A stretch of 62,301 nucleotides of DNA, filler included. It is 8 parts of 8 records of this genome, joined end to end, with 100 filler letters (N's around TTAATTAATTAA, not from the genome) between each part and the next. Parts side by side here need not be neighbours in the genome. Positions count along the whole stretch, not along the records: positions 35,446 to 41,117 come from SRR7504441_1462; positions 41,218 to 47,790 come from SRR7504441_1465; 6 more parts are not named here. One strand, 5' to 3'. This document shows positions 35,698 through 46,053 of the stretch, in pieces. A model generated the notes under the pieces. It ran no database searches and was not told the DNA's origin. It was given only the letters and a program-made list of their open reading frames with translations. The translations under genes were made by a program, and so were the position numbers. Positions within the stretch are counted from its first letter, which is position 1; each line of letters begins with the position of its first letter.

Positions 35698-38600
35698 CTA
35701 CTTGTCGTAATGCTTCATGAAATCATAGAACGCGTAAGGGCTAGTATCAGCTCCGTGCTCGTAAATAAATCTAGAAGCCACGCTCATAGAGAAAATCGCC
35801 TGGGCACCAACCAAACATCAGTCACCGATCGCTTAGCTCTTAAAGCCTACCTGCAGATAGTTTTCAGGCACACGCTCTAGAATCCGATCCAGCCCTCCTT
35901 CGACGTTATTCTGAAGTGAAACCGGAATTGCCTCAGCCAGCACCAGCCGTCGGACTTGATGATTGTCATAGAGCGAGGACCGGCCAATCTCATCATTCAG
36001 CGCATTCATCGCCATCGACAGCTCGTCAGTCGCCCGGGTGGACCTGTGCAGGATTCCGTTAACTGACAAGCAGTTAGGGTTATTTTTAGCGCGTGCCGTT
36101 TGCCCCGGAGGGTCTCAGCGTAGATAAGCCCGAACTCCATGGAAGCGTTCCGTTCGACCACTTGGATGATGTCACTGACGTATTCCTGTGTCCGTTGGCT
36201 TATATAAGAGGCTGTTAGGTTGACATGGGATGACGCACCTCGTAGAATTGAGGCACGGATCCGCCGTCTTTAACGCACCTGCCACCGGACTGTTAATTCG
36301 GGTTAAAAGTGTGTTAAGAACATCATTGAAGAGAACTCTTGCTCGTTCATCGCCAGACCGGCCAGCACCTGATTCGAATTCAAACCGACGGTTATTTTAA
36401 TAACAGCACCTCCAGCGAGGACGAGGTGACTCCGCCCTTGTTGGTCGAAGCGTCCTTGAACAGTTTCACCTGCGATTAACTGTCACCATTCAAATTCGAA
36501 TTCGAATTCACCCCCCGGTCTTGCAGCACGTCACGAGCGCCCTCCGTCACAAACAAGTTGGCGCCTTCTACGAGATACTTGAACCTGGCTCGCGCTCGCC
36601 CGGGGCTCCAGCAGCGACCCAACCTCGGCTGGCCGGAGTCGTCAAACATCAGGTGAACGTTCTCGTTGTTGACTGAACCTAACGACTTTTTAGTCAGAGC
36701 GGCACGGCCAATCAGAGTAAGTGGGCACCAGGCCGTCCGCCGCACGGCACAAAGAAGTCGGCCGACATTCCGGGCCACAAATGGAAATTATTCCGGAACT
36801 CGATGCCCGATTTGACCTGGAAAATGCCGTTATTTATGAGCGGCTGTCGGAGGTCTCAGAGACCTCGGAGCCGTCGGGCAGAATTTTGTTTGTGTCGTCA
36901 CATTTGACCAGAAAACCGTCCGGCGAGAACTGAAATCGGCTCAAGATCCAGTGCCGTTACTATATATATTGTTGTTATTGTTATTGTTATTTTACCTGGC
37001 CCTTGAAATGTTCGACCATTCGCCGCTCAGTTGCCAGCCTCGTGATCGCCTCCCGATCCAGACCCTGCTTAACACTTCAGGCCCAATTAGGCAATATCAG
37101 TTAACCTGAGGGTCGCACAGCACCCCGGAGCCATCCACAATCCCCACCTGCCCGGATTCCAACCGCATTCCAACGGCAAATCCGTTACTATTTTCTCCTT
37201 GCTCATTAGGATTTCGTTCGATCCCAAGTCGCCATCCGGACCTCCCGTCATCAGCTTGGTGCACTCAGTCTCCTCCATTTGAAGCCGTTCCATCAACCTG
37301 TTAATATTCAGCTCCAGATTTAAGTCCCAACCGACCCTGTAACGTACGCCCGGACCGATCGGGTGGTCATGCCATAAGTATCGTGCGGTACGCCTCCCAT
37401 TGCTGTCGATTTACCTGATTTGGATTGACCAACAGTCAACACTTAGCCACAGGATGGCTGGACCGGTGGTGAAGGAGCGCCAGAATGAGTAGCCCCGGTC
37501 GCGAGAGAAAAGCGAGGCCTGTCCGGCCCAGCTGAGCGTATTCCCTAATCAGGCAGGTATGACGGGCCTATTTCTAATTATAGGCGAGTGCCTGGTCCAT
37601 GAATCCGGCGGTGCCCTCGTCAGGCCCGAGGAAGAGATACTCCTTCCGCTTGTAACGGTCCTTGATCGAGTCGTCGCTCTCTTTCAGGACCTGTGACACT
37701 GTGACTCTGTGACACTAACTGTTCGCGCACCAGGTCCATCAACGTGTCTACGTACTGCATCATCGACCGCTTCGATTTGTGCTGCCGAGCTGGTTTCATC
37801 AAGATTGTACCCTTCGAGCCTGACTCCGGAATATCCTTGTTCTTGAGCTTCTGTTAACCACAGAGAGAATAATAATCAGCGTTTTCAGTCAAGTTTTCCC
37901 TAATTAGGCAAGCCTCGCGTGACCTGGGTGTGAGCCAGATTGTAAGTCTCTTGGAACTGAGTCCGGCGGTTCGAGTGATAAGTCTCCGGTGATGACTGAA
38001 TCATCCGAACCCCGCCGCGCGAAATGTCACGGAACCGGACCTGTGACATGCCGTTGGGGCGGTTGGGATTTAATTAGTAATTAAAATGTCACGTGGAATC
38101 CGGTGAAGTCGAATCCGAGCATCATAAAGACTGAGAATGGCACCTGCAGTTCGAGTCGGTTGGAAACAGTTACTCAACCGGGAACGGACCTCGGGGATCG
38201 GGTGGTCCTGCAGGAACTTGGAAGGGTCCAACCGCCACCTGCTCGATTTGAATTCATAATTCAAACGTCGCACCCGATCGCCGACATCGACTGAGCCTTC
38301 CACAGGTTGGTGGTTGTAACACTCTGGCCAAACCGAACGAACTGCTGAAGTATCTTCCTCTCGTCCTGCAAATTGCCGTTATAATGCCGTTGGAATCGCC
38401 CAACGGACACCTCTTTCCGGGTATTAGCCACAATCTGCTCAACGTCTGGATATTCATAGCCCTCGAGCTCGCCGGTAAATTGCCTCGAAAACTCGACGAA
38501 AATGGCCTGGTTTAGGCAAGATTAAGTGGCTGAGCCGGCCAGCGGCGTCTTTGCCTGACAGGTTTCGGGGTTATTTTCAACTGTTGAGTAGAGCTCGGGC

Positions 38601-41117
38601 AGAGTGTAAAATTCGGAGCTCAGCGCCTCACCGGCCTGCAAATTGACTCAAATTCGAATTCGAATTCAAAATGTGACAGACCAGCGTGTTGAGCATGCGA
38701 AGCTCGTCAGGAGAATCCGTTAAATGACTCTTCAGCGCTTCGAAATTCTCATCCGCTTCCCATTGGAAGTAATAAGCAAACCTGAATTGCCGTTATAATA
38801 CCGTTAAAAATCAGTTGCTACCGACAGGCTGAGTGGAGAAAGATCAGCTCCCGGCCAGAGAGCGTATTGTTCATGAAAAGCTTGAGCAACGGGGTGTCGG
38901 GAATGGTGAAACTGCCATTAATCAAGCCCGCCGCGTGGCCAGGAGGGCACCCCATTGCAAGGTAGGGAGTGACGTTTTGGACATCCAACTCAGACATTGG
39001 CTTTGCGAGGAAGCAAGAATACACAGTCACGCCATTGGCAAACGAGTCGGCGTACTGCTTCTTGACCTGCCAAATCAGGCAATCGTGACGTCCGCGGTTT
39101 CCTAATTAGGCAAGTCACGTCCAGGTTTAAGTGCTGCATCATCTGTGTGAGCACTCGTAGATGGCGAGCCGAATGCGCCTGAAGTAACGCCATTTAATCC
39201 CCAACCGCCCCGCCCCCACCTGAGGGTTGGGCTCGTTCCGGTAGTCGGACGACCCTGGATTGAGCACAGTCAGCCGTTGGGATTAAAAGTGTGTTAACCG
39301 GCTCGATGCGCGATCACGAGCTTCTGAGATCCGTCGTAGTGGTCGTACAGTTCGATCACCTGACCGGTTTGAATTCAAATTTCAAGCTCAAGACGGTTAC
39401 AGGGTGCGGCTTTTGTATCGCAGCCATCACTTGCTCTTGGTACTGCCCCCAATTAACGGTTAATCCCAAAAATGTTTGAATTCGAAAGAAACCTGCCACA
39501 GGATCGACTGCGGCTTGGACTTTAGAAAGTAAGGCGAAGCTGTCAGGTGCAAATCGTCCTCATCCATCGCCACCGACCTGCACACCGATTATTATTTAAC
39601 CATAATTCGAATATGAATATGAATTAAATCAATCACCGGGTCTCAAACTCGGACCGCTGGATCTGGCCCCACAATAACTGCCGGATTCGAATTCAAATTG
39701 TCACCTGGTAGATCTGTAGCGGCAGCTGCTCGGTCGAGCTCACCCGCCAGCTCTGCTCGTCGTCGATTTGGACAGCTTAACACACATTAATCAGCACTTA
39801 ACACACATTAACCAGCACTTAACCCTCCAACCCTGACGGGGTCTCGACGCAAGTTAAGACACTTTAAAATGTCTGTTAGTTGCTCAGACCTGGCGCTGAA
39901 GACTTGATGTAAGTCAGATGGTACGAATCCGGCGACGAACTGATGTAGTCCTCAACCTACAACCGACGTTTAACCGACACCAACCCGACAATCCGACCTC
40001 GCGCTGCGCCTCGTACTCGGTCCGTGCAGTGAACAGCGCAAGCATCGAGTCCTTGGAGCTGACCACAACGGCAATTGGTCAGATTTAACGGCAATTCCAG
40101 TCGTTGCACCGCATTTGGAGCGAGATTTTCTCGGGGTCTCCGCCAATTTCAGCGACCTTGAGTGGCGATTTCAGCGGCGGCGGCAGCCGGGTGATCACAC
40201 CTTCTTGGCTGCGATGAACGCGTGGACGTGCCTGGCCCCCGGTCAACGGACATTCAACGGAAATTCAACGGTAATACTATTGATAATGATGCTGATAGTT
40301 ACCTGGAGATTTGAGCCGGGTTGAAAAGCTCGAAATAGTAACCGTCCAAACCGAGCTTATTAAAGTAATAATCGACCTGTCAACGGACATCATCAACCCC
40401 ACCGGCCAGGCTGATTAATTGTATATATTATATTTAATATTTAAATGGGCGATTTACCTCGTTGAAGACAGTCGGGAGTGAGAAAACGCCTTGTTTGACA
40501 ATCAAATTGAGCACCTGAAATTTGAATTCAAACAGCCAACGGGAGCACAGCCGGACCGCCTCCATCTGCTGCTTCCGCTCGCCAGCCATCGAGTCCAGAC
40601 CAAGTATCGGCGCCTGCCAGCCTCATCGTCATACCCTCCGAGGTCGACCCGATCTCACCTGTCTGAGCTTGTGAGCCAGCACCGTGTGCCCTGCCCGGAC
40701 GGCGTCGTGAATCGGCAGCCTGTGCCCCCGGGCTCAGTAACGGATCCCAACGGACATATCGTAACGGACCCGCCCAGCCTATCAAACTGGTTCCCGGCGC
40801 CCTGCCCTCGCCGGTTAACTCTTATTTAATCGATTCGGCCGCCTGCGCGAGCAGAAAGTCCACAATCTCTTCGTTGCCGTTGGAGGCCGCCACCTGCCGT
40901 TGCCGTTACTCCAACGGCAGCCCGGTCTAAGCCGACGCACGTGCAACGCTGTCCGTTGATCATAGTCCCGGGACGAAGGATCGGCCCCCTCGCTGGCTAC
41001 CTGCACCCCGCGCCGTCTCAGGGAGCTCAGATTGGCATCAACGGCGGCCCAACGGACATTCAACGGACATTACCGGCAGTGGGAGTAGCGGGGGTGGGGG
41101 TGGGGGGGGGGGGGGGG
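35698..41117 (-). CDS. GDH2: Large NAD-specific glutamate dehydrogenase (GDH2-type) with N-terminal ankyrin repeats; about 44 mini-introns; 5' end truncated
   Basis: Manual splicing gives one frame containing GFH/VRFRDISRGGVR, Q/KLKNKDIPESGSKG, LFLGPDEGTA, FTT/GKS..GGVPHDTYGMTT, TGGPDGDLGSNEI, FVPCGGRP, VEGANLF, KDASTNKGGVTSSSLE and ASRFIYEHG..AFYDFMKHYDK* (stop 35698-35700). N-terminus: DYDQRTALH/VAASNGNEEIVDFLLAQ/GA..LPIHDAVRAGH. Confidence 0.95.
39777..39823. repeat. Intronic tandem repeat, 21-nt unit, about 2.2 copies
   Basis: TTAACACACATTAATCAGCAC followed by TTAACACACATTAACCAGCAC TTAAC. Confidence 0.9.
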
Positions 41118-41217
41118 NNNNNNNNNNNNNNNNNNNNNNNNNNNNNNNNNNNNNNNNNNNNTTAATTAATTAANNNNNNNNNNNNNNNNNNNNNNNNNNN
41201 NNNNNNNNNNNNNNNNN
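41118..41217. other. Artificial contig-joining spacer
   Basis: N44-TTAATTAATTAA-N44. Confidence 0.99.
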
Positions 41218-42697
41218 TCCCGACGTCAATGCAGAATCCTTAAAAGACGAAGCAAGAGGAGGAACACCACCAAGCTGATCGCCACTTGGAGATGTGTGTG
41301 GGCGCGATTGCGATTTGGACTTCGATCCGCCCATCGTGGACCGTGACGCCACAGCACCTTGAAACCATGTCCAGAATTCTTCGAAAGAGATAGCCCCATT
41401 TTGGTTCATGTCTAGCGTGATCATGGCTGCAGAGTACAGAGCCTCAGTGTGCCGAGCTGGGCATTTGGTAGACACACCTTCGTTTATGGATTCACGATCC
41501 AGGGAAACACCCATACTTCGGACTAGCTCTTGCAACTCACGCACATCAATCTCTCCTGACTGGTTTGCATCGTAGCGATCAAATACAGCCTTGCATGCAG
41601 CCTCCTCCTGTACAGCACTCCACTGCTCAGTCACATGTACTGGAGGCCTGTACTGACCAGACTGTCAGCAGACACCGTCGTCTTCATCACGTCGGCCTCT
41701 GCGGTGCGCATCTTCGGCATCACATTGATGACGGAAACGTACTGGGGCACGTGATCATCCGGAGTAAGTTGCGACCCACTATCTAGCACCTGTACGGCCC
41801 CTTTCAGCGTAGCTGTAGCGCAGATTAGACACGCAGCTAGATCTCAGACATAGGACTCCGTAACAACACAGACAGGTGGCGGCCACACTCACGTTGGTGA
41901 TGAACTCGTAATAGCTGAGTGCCCCATCCCTGTCCTTATCGTAATATCCAAAAAGTGCCAGAACTTGGTCCTCTGTGAACTCGAGCCCGAAGGCGTGCAT
42001 CGCAGCATAGAACTCGTCAGGGTCGATGTCGCCCGAGCCATCTGCGTCGAAATATTTGAATGCCTTGCGCAGTGCCATTGGCCCGCCAGAGGTGCGCTGA
42101 TCGATCTTTGCACGGATTGACAGCTCGAGCCTCTTCACACCCGCTACGCCTACCTTCACGAGAGCTGTCACGTAGCCCTGCGCAACACATCCCATGCACC
42201 GGTCAGCACACCCGTGCCGAACCAATCGACAGATTGCACCTGATCGAGCTGCTCCTTTGACCCGCCTTTGCCGCCGGGGATGATCGAGGAGTGACGAGGA
42301 GGGATCTTAACCGGGATCCTGTAGGTCCTCTCGTTCAGCGTCTCGAACCCCCAGTCCCGCTCGTCGCCGAACTGGAAGTTCGACCGGTTCGCGGCGTTGG
42401 TTTTGACACGAGGGTTCGGGTGCCTGCAGGGGACACCGACATTGGTCAGCCTCCGGACCGGCGCGCGCCGGCGGGGCGCTGTTACTGTTGGTAGAAGGTG
42501 TCCGGTGACGGCAACGTGGCCTGATCCATCGACGGCTTGCACCCCTTGTATACTAGAAAGTGCGAGTCTCGGGACACTTGAGCAAAGGTACCCGACATGG
42601 TTTCCTGCATCCGGGCGATGACACCGCTGTAACCGGGCACGAACACGCGCTTCCGAGCGGGAGTGTAGCCCTCTCCGAAACTCCTAAGCTGCACCAT
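41218..42697 (-). CDS. EF-hand protein (at least four EF-hands) with an N-terminal PGYSG motif, possibly axonemal; 3' end truncated
   Basis: MVQLRSF..VFVPGYSGVI; EF loops DADGSGDIDPDE, DKDRDGALSYYE, DANQSGEIDVRE and DMNQNGAISFEE. Several short GT-AG introns. Confidence 0.85.
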
Positions 42698-42868
42698 CTC
42701 CGCACACTCTTCGGCGCTCCCTCACGCTCTCACTGCCGCCCCGCGCCTTCCATCAAAGAGGCAGTCGTCGTATTTTTGTCTCCGGTCACTCAGGATGTCC
42801 GTTGGGGGCTCCACAATATAAATATAATACGGATCCCGGTGTCCAGGCAGGCAAGGGGCTCAGCGCGG

Positions 42869-45064
42869 ATGGAGGAGCTCCAGCGGCGGCTGTACGCCCT
42901 GGCGCTGGGCAAGACAACTCCCCGCGACGACGCGATCCCCGACGGAGACAGCCTGGACCCGGCCGAGCAGCACCGGCAGGCCGAGCAGCGGGCGGTGGGC
43001 GAGGTGCGCCGACCCCAGGCGCCCGCGCCAGCCCGCGGGCAGCTCGAGCGGATGCGGGAGATGCTCGGCCAATTAGACAGATTCGGCCGGGCCCGGGAGC
43101 AGACGCTGGAGGCCGCTGTGCGTGATGAGCAGCAGGAGCGCAGGGAGGCGGTGGAGGCCGCCTGGGCAGAGGCCCGGAGCCGGGAGGCGCGGGCACGGGA
43201 TCGGTTGATGGACCACGTGGCGCTGATGCAGAAGTGGCGGGAGGACGCCGAGGCGGGTGGCAGCGGGCCGGGGCAGAGCGGGCCGGCAGGTGCGGAACTA
43301 CCGGTGGCAGATCGGGCTGGAGGGGACCCCGGAGCTAGTGGAGTGCGCGATGCCTGAGGTGACCGCGGCTAGGGGTAGACTGACAACGGATAGCTGCCGC
43401 CGGGGGGGCTGCTGCTGCAGCTGACGGCTCTCGGGTTGGACTGGGCTCACACAGCACTCCTGGACCGAGCGGTGCGGCCTGATCACGCGAGCGCCATGAG
43501 AATCTCTCCAGGCGGACCCAACAGCTGTCTGGTGCTACAACAGTTCCCTCAACAGGGCGCCGGGTTGCGTCGACGGCCAACTGCGAGGGCCGTGCACTGC
43601 TGTTGTGCTCCAAGCCGCCTCGGGCTGTGGCTTTGAGCAGGCCGACCCTGTGTAAGCTGCCCTCGCACGGCTCTAGAGTGAGCCGGTGCCCCAGGCGCGG
43701 CGTGCTCGACTGGGCTCGATTCCAGAGCCACCCGGTGCGTTCAGCAGCTGGTGCGGCTCAGCTCGGTGCAGGGCGCGCAGGCGGCCGAGCGTCTTCAGCT
43801 GCTAGAGCGGATAGACACCACTGTGGCCCCTGCGAGCAGCTATCTTGGCACGCTCGGATGGCCCGGGGCGGCCGGCTTCTTTGTGGCCGAGGCAGCAGAC
43901 CCGCCGGCTGGGCAGGCATCTGGGCCGAGACAGCCGCACAGTGAGCCCGATTGCAGGTGGTGCTAGTGAACGGGGCGGCTGGTGCCGTGGGCAGCGTAGT
44001 CTGCTGGGTACTTGCGCACAGAGGCGCCGCGGTGGCAGCCCCAGGCTATGGACAGAGCGAATTCTGGCGGGCAGGTATACGCCGTTGTTTCTGACCAGGC
44101 CCAGTGCGAGAAAGCTGTCGTAATGGGAGCGCGCCAGGCGTTCGTGTGTGATTCGAGAGAGAAGCTGGACACTGAGCTTAAGACCACGCTGATATCTGGC
44201 GAGGAGTTGGCCCGCTAGGAAGCCTCACAGCGGGGCAGGCCAGGTAGCTGTGCTGGTGGACATGGTGGGCGGATGGCTGACAGATGTGCCTGCAATGGCG
44301 CCCGGCCATTGAGTGCTTGGGGTAGGCCGCACTACCGCACCTCAAGAGAGCTGGCCGCGTCCTCAGCGTCGGGGCGATTCAGCCGAACGAGAAGATGCGG
44401 CACACCGAGCTAGTGCTCGAGCGCCGGCTCTCGTGGCAAGGGTTTGAGCTCGCCGACTACAGGTGGCCCACCTCAGTCTGGGCTGCAGTCCGGATGCAGG
44501 TTCCGAGTGGATGAGGCGACCAGCCAGCTTGCGAGTTGGGTGTCAGATGGACTGTTGCCGGTGCGCGAGACTTGCCTGGAGGGGCTGCAGAACGTGCACG
44601 CCGCAATTGAGTTGCTGCGAGACGGCGTCAAGGAGCAACGGAGCGGGAAATTGGTGGTTCGGATGAACCTTAGGGACATCAGGCGGCTGACTGGTGAGTC
44701 TGCGACAGAGGCTGCACGGGCACCAGAGGACACTGACAGTAAACTCGAGACAGGTTTGGAGCAATCGAGTCGGGATGCTATCCAAGAGCATGCAGAGATG
44801 AAAGCCAAGCAACAGTCGACTGAGGCTGAGTACATCGCTGCTCAATTAGAGGGCGGTGAATCGGAGGTGGAGGATGTGCCGGAGCTTGGCAGCGACGAGG
44901 CTAAACTGAGGGTGTCAACAGAGGAGCTACGTGAGAGCGAGGAGTCGATGGACGTGATGCACGACCTTGCCCAAGAGTTGGGCGACATCCTCGCCGGGAC
45001 ACACCATGAGGAGGTAGAAGATGAGACGGAGGGAGAAGAAGGCGAGGAGGAAGAAGGCGAGTAG
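42869..45064 (+). CDS. Medium-chain dehydrogenase/reductase (PTGR/alkenal-reductase-like) with N-terminal coiled coil and acidic tail, multi-exon
   Basis: YLGTLGWPGAAGFF..PPAGQ/VVLVNGAAGAVGSVV (NADP-binding), DMVGG, LASWVSDGLL..EGLQNVHAAIELL..GKLVV. ATG 42869, stop 45062-45064. Confidence 0.72.
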
Positions 45065-45322
45065 TTTGCCTTTAGTTTTCCGACGTTTCATACTGAACAT
45101 AATGTGACATAGTACGAGCATATTTGTGCCCGAAAACGGCCGCAGACATAATTATATGCTGCACACAGTATATTAGGCCCAAACTGAGCACGCAAAGAAC
45201 ACGTACGTACGTGGCATATAGTCGCGCTATGCATGCACGGCGCATGTATGACACTGTGCTCTAACTGTGCTCCAAGACAAATGAATACATACGCCGGTAC
45301 GAGTTGTGTTAAGTGCGTGTGC

Positions 45323-45760
45323 CTAATGTGCTCCCACCTCCCAGGGCGGCTGTGTAGCCACGCCCGTGCTATCAACCGGTGTCCCACCCTCGAATGTCTG
45401 TGGCACCGCCACCACTGCCCCGTTGGCGCTGGTAAGTGAGATCCAGCCGTTGCACGGCACCGGCCGCAGGATCCCATAGCCCTCCACCACCCAATCAACG
45501 TGCGCCCGCATCGTCCCGAGATCTAGCTGTTTCTGCTCCGCCACGTGCACAAACGAGCTGTGCCGTATCTTCCTGCGATCCACACACATCAGCGCTGCAG
45601 GGCTGCCAGGGTACCCCAGGTGCTCTGAGCTCATTCCAGGGCCCTGGCGCATCACTGCTCCGCGAGGGTCTGTTACCTTCCACTAGTCGCCCCTGGGCAC
45701 CGAGGCGTTTATGGCCGCAAGCAGGTCGTCCGAGCTAGCAGTGGGCGATCGCAGCCCCAT
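45323..45760 (-). CDS. Small hypothetical protein with a possible SH3b-like domain (boundaries uncertain)
   Basis: Exons join as VMRQGPGMSSEHLG/KIRHSSFVHVAE..RAHVDW/PVPCNGWISL, resembling the VRxGPxxxS...GWIS pattern. Confidence 0.35.
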
Positions 45761-46053
45761 GAAGCTCTCGTCGATCCTGCCCTCCGGTAAGCCCAGCAGC
45801 GCCGCACCGGACCCGGAGGACTGGGTGCGCGATAGTGTGTTGCCCCAGGCCGAGAAGGGCGAGCCCGGGGACAGCGGCTGCTGGTTTGTGGACCAGGCCA
45901 CCCCGTGGCTCGTGTTCACCCCAGGGGCCCGCGGCATCAGCTGGTCTCGCCACGAGCGGCACCGGCGGCCCTACCGGGAGCTTGTCAATGTGTCCGTTAT
46001 TTGCCGCGGCCGGCCGGCTCGCCCTACATCGTACTCTACTGGCTACCTGCAGG

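Noticed and set aside
35698-41117. Fragmented GDH ORFs as a pseudogene or alternative genetic code
   Set aside because: Every break is resolved by a short GT-AG or GC-AG intron that restores the frame and the conserved motifs under the standard code.
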